DNA of 58,780 bases, filler included, from Sphacelaria rigidula (lineage: Eukaryota), in NCBI GenBank assembly GCA_964200075.2. It is 8 parts of 8 records of this genome, joined end to end, with 100 filler letters (N's around TTAATTAATTAA, not from the genome) between each part and the next. Parts side by side here need not be neighbours in the genome. Positions count along the whole stretch, not along the records: positions 1 to 7,261 come from CAXNAA020015727.1; positions 7,362 to 14,622 come from CAXNAA020015728.1; 6 more parts are not named here. The stretch is one strand, 5' to 3'. Positions 1-11,412 of this stretch are shown one piece after another (the stretch's first letter is position 1; every line of letters starts with the position of its first letter). Position numbers and translations under genes: made by a program. Below the pieces are notes generated by a model. The model had not been told where the DNA came from. It worked only from the letters and a program-made list of their open reading frames with translations, and did not search any database.

Positions 1-91
1 AACAAGCAGCCCAACGAGCACGAGTGCCACGAGTGACACTCGTGCTCGTCCGACGTATGAAACTTTCTCACGGTTTAATAGCCCATCTTAC

Positions 92-352
92 ACCATGCCC
101 AACAGTGTAGAGCGACTATGTCATAGGTACATAACATTCGACTGAACGGTCAGCGAGGAAAAAGACTGCTGAACCCTTCTCGGGATGAAAAGTAAAGGCA
201 AGCATCGCAGAAGGAAAGTGGAGTGCCGTGCTAAAGAAAAAACTCTCGTGTTGACCTTCCTCTGTGACACCGGATGGTGCGCCCACATGTACCAAAAGGT
301 GAAGTCCAGCGTCGAAAATAGATGGGACCACAACACACACATCCCATCACAC
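92..352 (+). mobile_element. tRNA-derived SINE, head-less copy
   Basis: Body (CATGCCCAACAGTG..GGTGCGCCCACAT..AATAGATGGGAC..CAACACAC) matches the copies at 370-684 and 45445-45808. Confidence 0.7.
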
Positions 353-369
353 ATTCCATTTATTCTGGA

Positions 370-684
370 CGACAGTCTACATCTTCCGGTATATCTGGGT
401 CGATCAGCCGGGGTCACAGGAGGAAGGCCAACACAACAAGCGTTTTTCTTCCTTTGTTTTAGTACTCCACCCCCCTGCTTGTGCTGTGCTTGCCTTATTT
501 TCTATCGCCAGAGGGGTCCTGCAGTCAGTCTCTTTCGCTCATCGACCGTGAAGTCGACATTTGTGGATCCACAACATAGGCGTCCCCCACTATTGGGCAT
601 GGTGTGACTGCACTCAGATATGAACCTATGACCCAGCCGCACGTCACAAGGTTTCGAAGTTGCCAACTGAGCCACCGGGGCGAC
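370..684 (-). mobile_element. tRNA-derived SINE
   Basis: Minus-strand head GTCGCCCCGGTGGCTCAGTTGG (Pol III A box) and a degenerate B box GGTTCATATC; body homologous to 92-352 and 45445-45808. Confidence 0.75.
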
Positions 685-2898
685 TGTACGTCGCCTTGCT
701 TTGTTCCCGGCCTCTCTCCTAATGGTGCGTCCAAGTAAAGAATGGTCGGAAATGTCGCGAGAGGCTATGTACGCAAGCGGATTACTAGCTCGTCAGTAGC
801 TTGAGAACGTCAGCACGCGTCTCTCTATTGTTTGATTCTAAGACGGAGTTCTCCACACGAGAGAGCGTCAATCGACGTCAACTTTGCGCGCGTCAACTTC
901 GCAGACAATGGATAATGACAAAACATTGTTAAAGACCTCCAAAAATGACCAGATTGATTGTGTACGAAAAAGGCGCGCGTGGGCGAGGGGTAGGTCTGAG
1001 TAGAGGAAGGGTGCTCGGTGGGCACGGAGATCAACCTGCAATAGGTGAGGGGTATTATTGTTTACCAATTGTCGGTATAGCCCCTCTTTCAGATGAAATA
1101 TATGAGAGCCCACCACTGTCACCTGTAGACCCGTAGGGTACTTGTAAGTCGTGGCGTGTCTGTGTGTGAGACCGACCTGTTGCCCGCCTGGGGTCATGGC
1201 CTCTACTGTACTGTATCGGGTCTACTTCCTGTACACCAAGTTATATTCAAAAGTTTAAATGGGCTTCTGTTACGTGACCTGTGACTACTCAGGCCGTCGT
1301 AGCCGCGCACACATTTGCGCCGACTGCTGGTCCTGCTGTCCATTCTATAGCCCTTATTTCACCGGGCTCTGTGGCCAATATTCGGGTGCTCTCCGTGTGT
1401 GTTTTCTGTACAGTACAGTATTCGTACAGCATACATGGATATCTTAGAAAGTCTGGCACGCTTGGTACAATGTGCCGTACTTACTGTCGCCTGTACAGTG
1501 CTGGGAAGATTGGAATGGTGAACGAAGACGCATCATTGCTGTTCCAAAGATTTGTAAACTAGACTGCACACTCAAGGTGTTTTGTTTGTCTCCGCACCTT
1601 CGCCTACTTTCGAGTAGCTGAGTCTACAAGTTTGCGTGTACAGTTAGTTGGCGTTTGCAACCCAAGCTCGCGCGTTGACATGTGTTTATTTATCACGTGA
1701 AAGCCTTCACCACATGCGATAATCGTTCGCCCGCGAGCGCTCTGCCCTTGTTCTTGCTTGTGATTGTATCGTGGGTGTCTCTTGCTGGGTGTAGAAACTC
1801 CGCACCGACAGACAGGCGTGGGGTTTCGCGTGTTTGTACAGGTACAGTAGTGTGCATCTAGCAGTCTAGCATTTTATCTGGTGGAAGGAACATGGGTCGA
1901 GAAGAAATAGTTGTTTTCACAGCTCTTGAGCTTTGTGTTCTGGGGATGTTCGCCTGCATTGCTGTACTCTTTACGGATGCCATCATGCTGCACATCTATG
2001 TTGCACCCGTCCCGTGCCACAGCAGTAGACGGTACAGTAGCTACGGCTATACCCCAAATAAATGCCGCACATGTTGGCACCCACCGACTGTACATGGAGC
2101 ACTGAGTACAGCACTGCAGTGGGATACTGTCGCGTCCTCTAGCGTGGCCAATCGCACTCGGAGACTTCGGTGCAGTTTCCCGGCGGTGCGGCACGTTTCT
2201 CGCAGACGTCAAGTGCGCCATGTGTACTGTATGTAAAATGCGGAACTGGCGCGGTTGGTGCGGACCGGAAGTTGTACGATGCGATTGACGCTTTTTATCC
2301 CTTGTGACCAGTAAGTGAGTGCTCCTCCCCCCGGTAGCCAACAGCACGTACCTTTTCGGCTTGTGCGTGCTGACTCTATCATGTCACCATGAAACGCTGC
2401 ACACATAACGGCCAACCCTCCGGGAATAATCACACAGGTGGTGGTTATCATTGTCCACATATTTGAAGTACAGGTCGATGGGTGATTCTTGTGAGTTCGC
2501 TTGCAGTATTTTTAAATATTGTGCTCGAATCATCTCAGTCGTTAATTCTTCATGTCTTGCTTTCATGGGTTTGTGATACTGTAGATTCAGCAGCGACTTC
2601 CGCACGCATCGCTAGCTAACTCAGCGATGTTTTGTACGCCGCATACAAACGCCCCGCTAGTCAAGGTTTGTCTGGATATTTATCGAATTTCCTCGTCGCG
2701 CCTGGCCATATCAGATCAACACGCAGCAAATCGTCGCCGCTGGTCGTGGGAGCAGCGTGCGCTCGTGCAGGCGCTACGTATTGGTAGCCTTCACGCAATA
2801 GGGGAGGTGCGCAGTATCGCCGTTATAACGTCAAGCTACCGGAAGCAACAGAAAAGGCTCTTGAGGAAAAGTAGCTACTTGTGTTTTTTGACGAGACG

Positions 2899-3731
2899 AT
2901 GTCAGACGAGTCGTTCGACGCCGCCGATACCACGGCGCAAGCAAGTGGCGAAGAGCCTGAACCTATGGATGATGACGAAGAGCAACATGAGCAGCCCTCG
3001 GGCGATGACGATGATGGTGGTGATGATATGGAGGATGATGACAATAGCGACGACGGAGAAGCAGAAGATGAGGATGCATCTAGGGGAGGGGACGGCGCTA
3101 ACGTTGCTGGCCCCATGAGCGAAGACGGCGATGGTAGCGAAGGGGATGGTAGCGGAGGTGAGGGTGACGGTGAGGGTGAAGGTGAGGGTGAGGGCCTGGC
3201 GGAAAACGATGCTAATGCGAATGATGACGACGATGATGATGATGATGATGATAACGATGGCGATGATGTTGATGACGATGGCGATGAAAATACCGCCGGT
3301 GCCCATGCCACGGAGCGACAGCAAGAAGGCGGCGGAGAGGAAGATGATGACGTCGAAGAGGCGGAAGAGGCGGAGGCGGCAGAAGACAATCAAGACGGAG
3401 ACGAACATGAAGAGGAGGAGGTCGAGGAAGAGGACGAGGGAGAGGAAGGAGAGCAAGGGGACGAAGAGCAAGGGGACGAAGAAGGGGAGGAAGCAGAAGA
3501 AGCCGATGCAGACGAGTCAGCCGCAGCCGCTACCGCTGACGGTGGTGAAGATGTTGGTGATGAAGCACCGAGTAATGCAGCCGATATGGAAGAACATGAG
3601 GACCAGGAGGAAGAAGAGGGGGGAGGAGAGGGGGAGGGGACGGTTCGGTATCAGACGGCGAAGAACGGCAATGCTGTCGAAGAGGGAGACGAGGAGGATG
3701 AGGAAGAGGATTCGGATGTAGAACTAGAAGG
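2899..3731 (+). CDS. Extremely acidic (D/E-rich) low-complexity protein, exon 1
   Basis: ATG at 2899 (MSDESFDAADTTAQ...), open for 833 nt, ends ...DVELE-GG before a GTGAGT donor at 3732 (phase 2). Confidence 0.7.
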
Positions 3732-4109
3732 GTGAGTTCTCAGTGTTTCTTGGCAGCGGTTTTGTCGAGACGCGGTTCGGGTTCGGGTGACTACCCGTAG
3801 GTGAGGTACCCTGGATTTCACCGAGTTTGCAGGGTCGAGCACATGTGGGTACCTGAGAACGGGGGTTACCTGAGAGTGAGCGGGTACCTGAGAATGGACC
3901 TCCACGCACCTGTCTGTCCAACGATGAGACTGTTCACTTGGACTCCCCCCCTCCCTTTCCCCCCCTTCCCCCCCCTCGCCTAACGTTGTTCGTGGCGAGT
4001 CTGTACTGTCGAGGGATGAGTCCCTCTCCTATCCTCTCCTCTCCAGCATACAGCACGCACCTACTAGTGGCTTGCAGTGTATAGTTGATCTTTGGATCCG
4101 CAGCATGCA

Positions 4110-4450
4110 TACCCGCTACTCATCGACTTTCATTCTATCGAATTATTTTGCCCAGAACTCCGTTCGTTGCTCATATTTGTCGAATGGCGGGAAAGCCAAG
4201 GGAAAATGACTCTTTACTATTACCCTCGGGGATCCGAGCCCATAGAATTTGCCCACAAGTAGCCGTACATAATCATGTTCCAGTTTGGGTTTGGGACCGG
4301 TATCAAGCGAAGAAATAGGCAGACACAAGACTCTCAGAAATTCAACTATGAAACAAACGATCGGAAGCTTGTCATGACAAGAAGGCGGTTCTTGGACTGG
4401 TGCAGGTTCAGGATTCGCCAAATCTTCGGCGACTTCCTCCTGAATCGCTG
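4110..4450 (-). pseudogene. Possible decayed coding fragment, unknown product
   Basis: Protein-like frame EEVAEDLANPEP...KLPIVCFIVEFLRVLCL...RTEFWAK*FDRMKVDE*; no recognised motif. Confidence 0.25.
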
Positions 4451-4544
4451 TCATCGGGGTAGAAGTGTGTGTTTTTTCCGACGTGGTGATTGTCACCGCG
4501 CCATGTGCTTTGGTACTTGAAACTAAACCGCTTTTGTTCCGGTG

Positions 4545-5062
4545 CCCCCCTCCCTATTGGGTTGGCGTCGGTTGGCAATGGCGCTGAATTACACACCTCT
4601 AACTGTGTTTGCTAGGCGACCAGGTTTACGGGGTTTTTTTCGCCCTTGCGTTTTTATTGTGGTAATCATGATGGTCGAGCTAGATCATATTGTGCGGGTT
4701 GGGAGAACCTCAACTCCGCGCGAAGGCGATGATCATACTACTTTTTGTTCAAATGATGAGACACCCATGAAACAGCGTGTAAGCCATGGCTGTCTCTGGA
4801 AGTGGCGATACCAGAAAGTGAAGCAACTCATTGTAGGTTGCTATCCGTATGCAAGATACTCAGCACGTTTCGGGCCGAACAATCTTAGCAGGATGCAGCT
4901 CACCCTTCATGCGACTCGCCGAACACATCACGGCGCTTCGCCCTTGGTGATTGATTGCGAGCCTGGTCCGGCGAAAGCCCGGCGCGCTTCGTGCCGGCTT
5001 CTTGGGGATGCGAGGTCAATGGCCTCATGACTACGACATGCACATAATGAGTACACCCTCCC
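4545..5062 (+). mobile_element. LINE-derived 3' fragment, family B (~500 bp, C-run tail)
   Basis: Homologous along its length to 44200-44705; ends ATGAGTACACCCTCCC. Confidence 0.75.
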
Positions 5063-6323
5063 AGAAGTAGAACGGAGGTGGTCATGTGCGTCCATGTCGC
5101 AGAATACGGTGTCTATCACCCATACGCGTCGAATTCCTCTCCTCCCTCTTTCGGAATGAGCACAAGCGTTGATACTTTGGTCGATGTTTGGCTTAGTAGC
5201 ACTACCTACAGTGCTGAACCGGGTACGTAGTATATCACCCCCTGCATACCGCCGCCGGGTCGGCGAGTTTCTTGGACCTCAACAGCTGATTACCCCGCAT
5301 TCTATGGTTTAAATTTACCCGCATTCTATGGCAGGCAACACTTTGGGCGGGCCGTGAAAATGATAGACTACAGTGGCAACAACGCCCTGTGAAAAATTGA
5401 AGGTTGTGTTCTGCACGGTATACCCGCAAGCGGGAGATTTGAGAATGACAGGAGCAGTGGCTGTAGTCTTCTTTTATCATGATCAGTCGGACATTCTCCG
5501 GTGGTGTGCTCCCACGTGAAGATATTTACCTTTTTCTGGCAGGCGCGCGATCGCCCTTGTGCAGATTTTTCACTTGGTTCCAGAACAGGACAGAGTGCGA
5601 GATGCAATTAGAAAATTCTTCACGGATGGATCGCGGGTATTCTAGCCCAGTCGAGGCGTGGCTCGCATCGTACAGTCAGCACTACATTACTCGTTGTACT
5701 GGCACCAGAAACACACAGTATCAACTTCGTCGGGTCTGACCGTGCGCGGATACATATCGTGCTATTAACGCATCCACCTCTCGTAGTAATATGCACCCTT
5801 TCCCATCCGGCTGCCAAACGTGCGATGGCTGGTCTGTAGCGCCAGGTATCCGTGCTGATATGGAGACCTCTCTTCCAAGGATGTCTGCTCCTCTAGTCTC
5901 CGCATATTTTAGGCCTTAGAGCAAGACATTCTCCAGTTGAAGCCGCAGATGATGAATTCTAATTTTAGTAGAATGCCTCCATAATATTGAAAAGGAACAA
6001 CACTGGTTGGGGCTGTCAACCCCGCTAAAGATTCGAATACCGGTGTATACACTCAAATCAAGTAATAAAATCCCGGAAAGGTTCTGATCGACCAAGTGGT
6101 GAAGGCTACTGGGGGGTTTTCGGTCGGCACACTATTAGTATTATAAGGCATACCGGAATGTGTATCGAACACCCCACTAGCGTTCGGGAGGAGATCGAGC
6201 CCTGTTTCGAATACACCGGTATGATCCGGAAGGGTATTTGCCGATGCATTTCTTCTGTCCTGTAAATACCCGGCCTTCAGCCGGTGTACCCTACGGAACA
6301 CAACCTTGAAAACTTCCACACGT

Positions 6324-6571
6324 TGAACCTGTTGGAACCGTCGATGAAAAAGTGACGATTTACGATTGACGTTTTCTTGGGCAAGATGTGTTTTTTTTCT
6401 GCAACTGTTGATGATGCAGCCCACCTAAACGATGCACTACTCTAAGTTCAAGTATCCTAATGTGACGGATTCGTGCACCCAACTCGAAGTGACGTTTCCC
6501 GGTGACGAAAAGATCGCATATGGGACTTTGTAAATCGTCACTTTTCCATCAACGGTTCCAAAAGGAGTTGA
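6324..6571. mobile_element. MITE with ~35-bp TIRs (relatives at 16843-17078 and 50668-50944)
   Basis: TTGGAACCGTCGATGAAAAAGTGACGATTTAC at left pairs with GTAAATCGTCACTTTTCCATCAACGGTTCCAA at right; internal sequence recurs in two other contigs. Confidence 0.65.
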
Positions 6572-6666
6572 ACGCGGATTCGCTGTACAGAGTTTTATAT
6601 ATGTATGAATATATTTAATTATTTTTCATTTTTCATTTTTTATTTCTTCGTACTGATATTTTGTAG

Positions 6667-6865
6667 GATTGACATGGAGGGGCTAGATGATGAGGCAGAG
6701 GGGGATGACGACACTTCGGCGGGTGTAGATGAGGAGGCTGGGCAGGATGAGACTCTGGATGATGACGAAGAGGAAGGGGACGAGGAAGAGGAAGAGGAGG
6801 AGGAGCCAGTAGATGATGGTGAGACGATAAATGTACCATCGAGTAACGAAATCGACGTGGAGTAG
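6667..6865 (+). CDS. Extremely acidic protein, exon 2 (terminal)
   Basis: T-rich tract and TTGTAG acceptor ending at 6666; the phase-2 join gives G-IDMEGLDDEAEGDDD...EIDVE*, same composition as exon 1. Confidence 0.62.
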
Positions 6866-7209
6866 TTGTAAAGACAAAGCACAATAATCACAGTGATGAC
6901 AACAACAAATGATTATGACTGTGACCGGTTGGTGTGGCTGGTGAACAATGACAGGGTACAGATTTCAACAGACCGGGCTGAGGTGCGGAAGTAGCTATCA
7001 CAATCATGGTCATTAAATAGGTGATGTATGATACATGATACATGATATGATTCAAATATGCCGCATTGTGGAGGTTTATGTCACCGTCATAGACGCGGCA
7101 CATCCCATGATCAAACTTTTCCTTTCATTGTCATGGTGGCAGCAGCAGCAGCAGCAACAGCAGCCTAGAGACCATATCTTCGTCAATTTTCGTCACTCCC
7201 CCCCCCCCC

Positions 7210-7261
7210 GAATGTTGGAGGTGCCTCTGATAGGAGTAGGAACGATGCTCCGTCTCGAAAG
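7210..7261 (+). mobile_element. LINE 3' fragment, family A, cut by the contig end
   Basis: GAATGTTGGAGGTGCCTCTGATAGGAGTAGGAACGATGCTCCGTCTCGAAAG directly after a C-run. Confidence 0.75.
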
Positions 7262-7361
7262 NNNNNNNNNNNNNNNNNNNNNNNNNNNNNNNNNNNNNNN
7301 NNNNNTTAATTAATTAANNNNNNNNNNNNNNNNNNNNNNNNNNNNNNNNNNNNNNNNNNNN
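7262..7361. other. Artificial contig spacer (44 N + TTAATTAATTAA + 44 N); identical spacers at 14623-14722, 21984-22083, 29344-29443, 36704-36803, 44063-44162, 51422-51521
   Basis: Seven identical 100-nt spacers with a six-frame-stop 12-mer; the contigs between them decrease in length from 7261 to 7259 bp. Confidence 0.98.
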
Positions 7362-7454
7362 TGAGGCGCTTCATGCAGCCTGAACCCGAACATCAGGCGC
7401 TGTATGGCCACTTTTTTCGTTACACTTTTAGCTGGGATTTTTTGGGGGGGGCTA

Positions 7455-7746
7455 TCGTAGAAAGTATCTTGAGTGTAGAGAGCAAATTAAGAGTGGCTTT
7501 GATTATTCGCTTTTACTCAGCCAATCTTTCATTCCTTGTGTGTTCTTTGCGTCCATCACTGCCGTGTGCTCACAGCTACACGTCGATATCCTCCTCAGGG
7601 ATATCAAGTGCCTCAGTGGCGCACTACTACAGAATTAACAATGGACCTCGTGTAGGGGCATTCCGGAACTGAAACGATTCATTCACTGATTGACCGGTTT
7701 TTACTCTCAATCGTATCCTCTACTCTCAATCTCACGAAAACATTGT
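7455..7746. mobile_element. MITE copy, same family as 18681-18980
   Basis: Shares CACAGCTACACGTCGATATC...GGAACTGAAACG...CTCTACTCTCAATCTCACGAAAAC with 18785-18980. Confidence 0.65.
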
Positions 7747-7749
7747 TTC

Positions 7750-8396
7750 ATGTGATGTTGTGACTTGTCATTTTGAGTTTGATGAGATGCATCTGCATCG
7801 ACCTTCGCAGGATGAGTAGAAAAGTCCCGCTATCAAGGGTTTTCACATAGAGCGGTAACACAAGTGGAACGCTCGTTTCTAAAACCAGAATAATAATTCC
7901 TATACATATTCCAGTATGTTCGATATCAGTACAACGTACACTCATCGTGCCAGATCGTGATGGATATTCGAATCAGCAGGTTGCCCACCATTTGTCTTGT
8001 CTGCAGGGCAGTGGGGACGTTCTGATGTGTTGCTTGCCTTAGTCGTTTGACCATTGACCACGCATCCCTTTCGAGACGGAGCACAGGGCAGTGGGGGGGC
8101 GGCATATAGCACAAGATGCAGTACATGTAGTGCGCAATGATATACAGTGATGCAAGGTGTACGACAACGGGAAAATACGGCATTCAAGCGTCCTAATGCA
8201 CGCAGGTAGTATTTCGTATTGACATAACATGCATATAGTGATCGGTGGGTCTGTATTGGGTCGAAAATGGCACCCTTGCCGGATATTACGAGCATAAATC
8301 GCGCATTTTTTTGGATGCGAGCATGAATCGGGGAATAAATTCCGCTTTACGAGCATAATTTTTGGTGAGATTACTAGTATAATAAGTAAAAGCCTA
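7750..8396. mobile_element. Terminal fragment of the hAT element (second copy of 13510-13981)
   Basis: Colinear with 13510-13981; ends ACTAGTATAATAAGTAAAAGCCTA, the near reverse complement of the TIR at 11413. Confidence 0.65.
8017..8083 (-). mobile_element. 67-nt family A LINE-end insertion with 13-bp TSD
   Basis: Flanked by CAGGGCAGTGGGG at 8004-8016 and 8084-8096; the empty site is visible in the paralogous repeat near 13660-13680. Confidence 0.85.
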
Positions 8397-9583
8397 CTGG
8401 CAACGCACCCTTTGCCCAGGCAACACATTGCACCCCCCTTGCCAGAGGGTTCTCGGTATGCCTTCGTTGTGGTTACGGTTAGGGCCAGTGTTAAAATTTG
8501 TTCTCTCCGCTGCTGCGAAGACGCGAAGATGATTTTACCTTCTGGGGGTTCGGTCGAAGGTTCAAATTGTTAGTTGGGGTGATGATGCGATAAGGGAATA
8601 TTCCTTCCTAGTATGTACGTGAGAGTCCTGAAAAAGCCGTAGTCCAGCGCTCACTGAAATTACACATTGATGCAACAACAAGAACAACTCAAAACAGCCA
8701 CGGCACAAAAATTACAGAACATGTTGGGGAGCAGGAAGGTGAGTTTCCAACACTTTCTGCTGCCTCTCGAATCTCAGACGCCGATTATGGTGCAGTACGT
8801 GAGACATGCACAGCAGAGACGGTTCGCAATAAGTACTCTTCTTGCCCAATCTCAGCATAAATTGGCGGGGAAAATGAGGATTTATTTCGAATAGCTTCTG
8901 CTGTACAAATTCCACACCTGCCCGTGTATGAGATTTGTACAGCAGAGGCTGTTCGAAGTAAATCCTCTTTTTGCCCAATGTTGGAAATTAGGCACGAAAA
9001 TGAGGATATACTTCAAAGAGCTTCTGCTACACAAATAATTCTACAGATCTTATAGCACACAATTTTCACCTTTCAAAATGGGCGGAGCAACGAAAAAAAT
9101 TTAATAAGAATTCCGAAAATGTTAGACAAGATTTCTATCGGAACGGCCGTGCAGGGCTTCGCCGACGTGCCTCCACGGGGTTGCTTGTAGTGTCGAGAAA
9201 ACGCCATACAGAATGCTGGTGAAGGTACCAGAGTTTGCAAATCCTGTGCAGAGTTGCCGAACCCTGTAGAGGTGTCATACGGGGTGCTATCTGCCCACGT
9301 GTGCTGTGCAGTACGTGCATGAACCGCTTTTCCCGGCTTGTGCCAGGCTTGTTTACAATTTGTGCATGGTACGGTTGCACCGCAGGTGGTTGAGGTACGT
9401 CGACGTAAGTGACGTTCAAGTTTCTATTATCATCCGTGGGAACAGAATCCTCTCGTAATAGTCGACTCGATAGCGTGCGGCACGATACATGAATCTGTAA
9501 AAAGTTCTGGAAATATAGCCGTGGTTGAAGCCCGCACATTGTTGGAATAGACTATGCCAGCATGAAATAGGATTACAGAACCA

Positions 9584-9916
9584 CACACGCGGCCATTTTG
9601 CTACCCCCCAAAATGCCTCCGGAGGGATGCGCGGCCCTCCAGAGGCAAAACAAGCCTCCGGAAGCCTCCAATCCCTCTGGAGGAAACCCAACACTACCGA
9701 CCTGGAGGGCCAAGCACCCCTCCAGGGGAATTTAGGGGTATGCGCGGCCCTCCAGAGGCAAAAACAAGCCTCCAGAGGCGTTTAATCCCTCTGGAGGAAA
9801 CCAAAAAATCTCCTCTGGAAGGCCGCGCATCCCTCCGGAGGCGTTCAATTCCTCTGGGGGCTCGAAACGTTTACCCACCTGGAGAAATGTTGGGGGTGGC
9901 CAAATGACCGCGTGTG
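9584..9916. mobile_element. MITE with CAC...GTG ends and 2-bp TSD (CMC/EnSpm-like)
   Basis: TIR CACACGCGGCCATTTTGCTACCCCC versus GGGGGTGGCCAAATGACCGCGTGTG; CA on both flanks; internal CCTCCAGAGG repeats. Confidence 0.7.
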
Positions 9917-10603
9917 CACGACTTGTTGACTACTTTTTTTGGCGACACCATCTTCACGAGATTCTCATTTGTCCCTTTTACCTGTAATGCTGTGCAGTAT
10001 GCCGACCATTAGAGATTGCCGCTTCGACAGAGCTGTCCCAACGCGGGCACCGCCTACGCGGGAACTGCCTACGCGGGCACCAGTCATCATCCTTGAATCA
10101 TCTACAACTGGTTGATGCCATGGAAGCACTGTCGGGACATTTTTATGCCAATTGGAATTATACAGCCAAGTCATAGTAGTAGTGTATACCTTTGGTGTCA
10201 CTCAGCAATACGTACAACTCGCAGTTCACTTTCCTTGGTGGACAAACAGAACGCCATCGGGTTCACGTCTTGAGTACGCGGCCCTCTCCAGCGCTGCGCC
10301 CTCACTATCCAGCGATTCCTTGACTGAAAAGTCATCATCCAACTGCAAAGTTCTCTTCCCTGCGGCCGCTAGAACAACTGATGTGCTCACACTCCTCGGT
10401 TTTGGGCTGCTTGGGTACAGGCCAGCATCGTGGTGAAGGTACCGTTCAATTCTGCATTCTGGCGAACAGGAAGAAAAGGGTTTTCGGACACCACTCTCCG
10501 ATTTTTTCCTCACTCTCGACCGCCTCTGGGGGGTGTGGGGGGGTTAGGCCCTGCGTCACGTATCCCAGTCTGTAAGGCCGCTTGGTGTAGTGTCAGATAT
10601 CTG

Positions 10604-11133
10604 TAGGCCCTGACTTGTAAGGCATGCCTTAAATTTCGCCTTAGAGCCCCTTTACAGAAAGGGGTTGCCTGAGATGAAGTTATGGGGCCTGATATGCCTT
10701 GTCTGGGCGAGGCACACACATATACTACAACAAAGAATGGAAGTAAGGCACGCGAATGACGACGCCAACTCCAATAAGTCGGGATAGCGGGGTTTGACGT
10801 TTTGCCTTAAAGCCCCTTTTCGAAAAGGGGTTGCCTGATAGGGTGTTTTATACCTTGTGTGACAAAGGCAAACACAATATACTATAAAAACAATAGCTAT
10901 GAGTCAAGCTTGTGACAACGCCCACTACAATTATTCGGGTAACCGAAGTGATTGTCTAAGGCAAGTCTAAGGCAAGTCTCAGGCATCCCGAGCTATAAAC
11001 TAAGGCATTTCAGGCATGAATACGGGGTAAGGCATGCCTTAGCAGTTGCCTGAGGCCAACTATCTTGCCTGAGACGTGCCTTGGACAGTTTGCCTTAGAT
11101 CCCCCTTCGGCATGCCTTAGAAGTCAGGGCCTA
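10604..11133. mobile_element. hAT-type MITE
   Basis: 25-bp TIR TAGGCCCTGACTT(G/C)TAAGGCATGCC; flanks GATATCTG / GATATCGT (6 of 8 match); many subterminal TAAGGC/GCCTTA repeats. Confidence 0.8.
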
Positions 11134-11412
11134 GATATCGTCGATCGCATGTCATTTTGGGAAATGACTTTCTGGCCTGTACAAAGAGTAACCGCTGTCT
11201 GAGGTGTGCTTACCACCTGGCTTAGTTATTTTCTTCATCGACCAAGTGGTGAACACTACTGGTTGAACAAGACTTCGTTGACAGCATAGCTCTATATACA
11301 TACTATAGCCGTGCATCAGCATCATCGTGGCTCAGTATTCTGTCCACTTTTTGACTAATCTGTTTCTTGTTTGTGGGGGTGGCGAAGAACGTGACACTAG
11401 ATCGGGCGTAAC

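Noticed and set aside
14-49. 13-bp perfect stem at the window start
   Set aside because: Isolated and at a contig edge, with no context to assign a function
868-2605. Minus-strand ORFs 868-1197 and 2384-2605 as a gene divergent from the acidic gene
   Set aside because: Somewhat protein-like, but no motif, in-frame stops nearby and no consistent splice path
2823-3721. Overlapping ORFs (poly-S, poly-I, M/R/K-rich)
   Set aside because: Shadow frames of the acidic low-complexity exon
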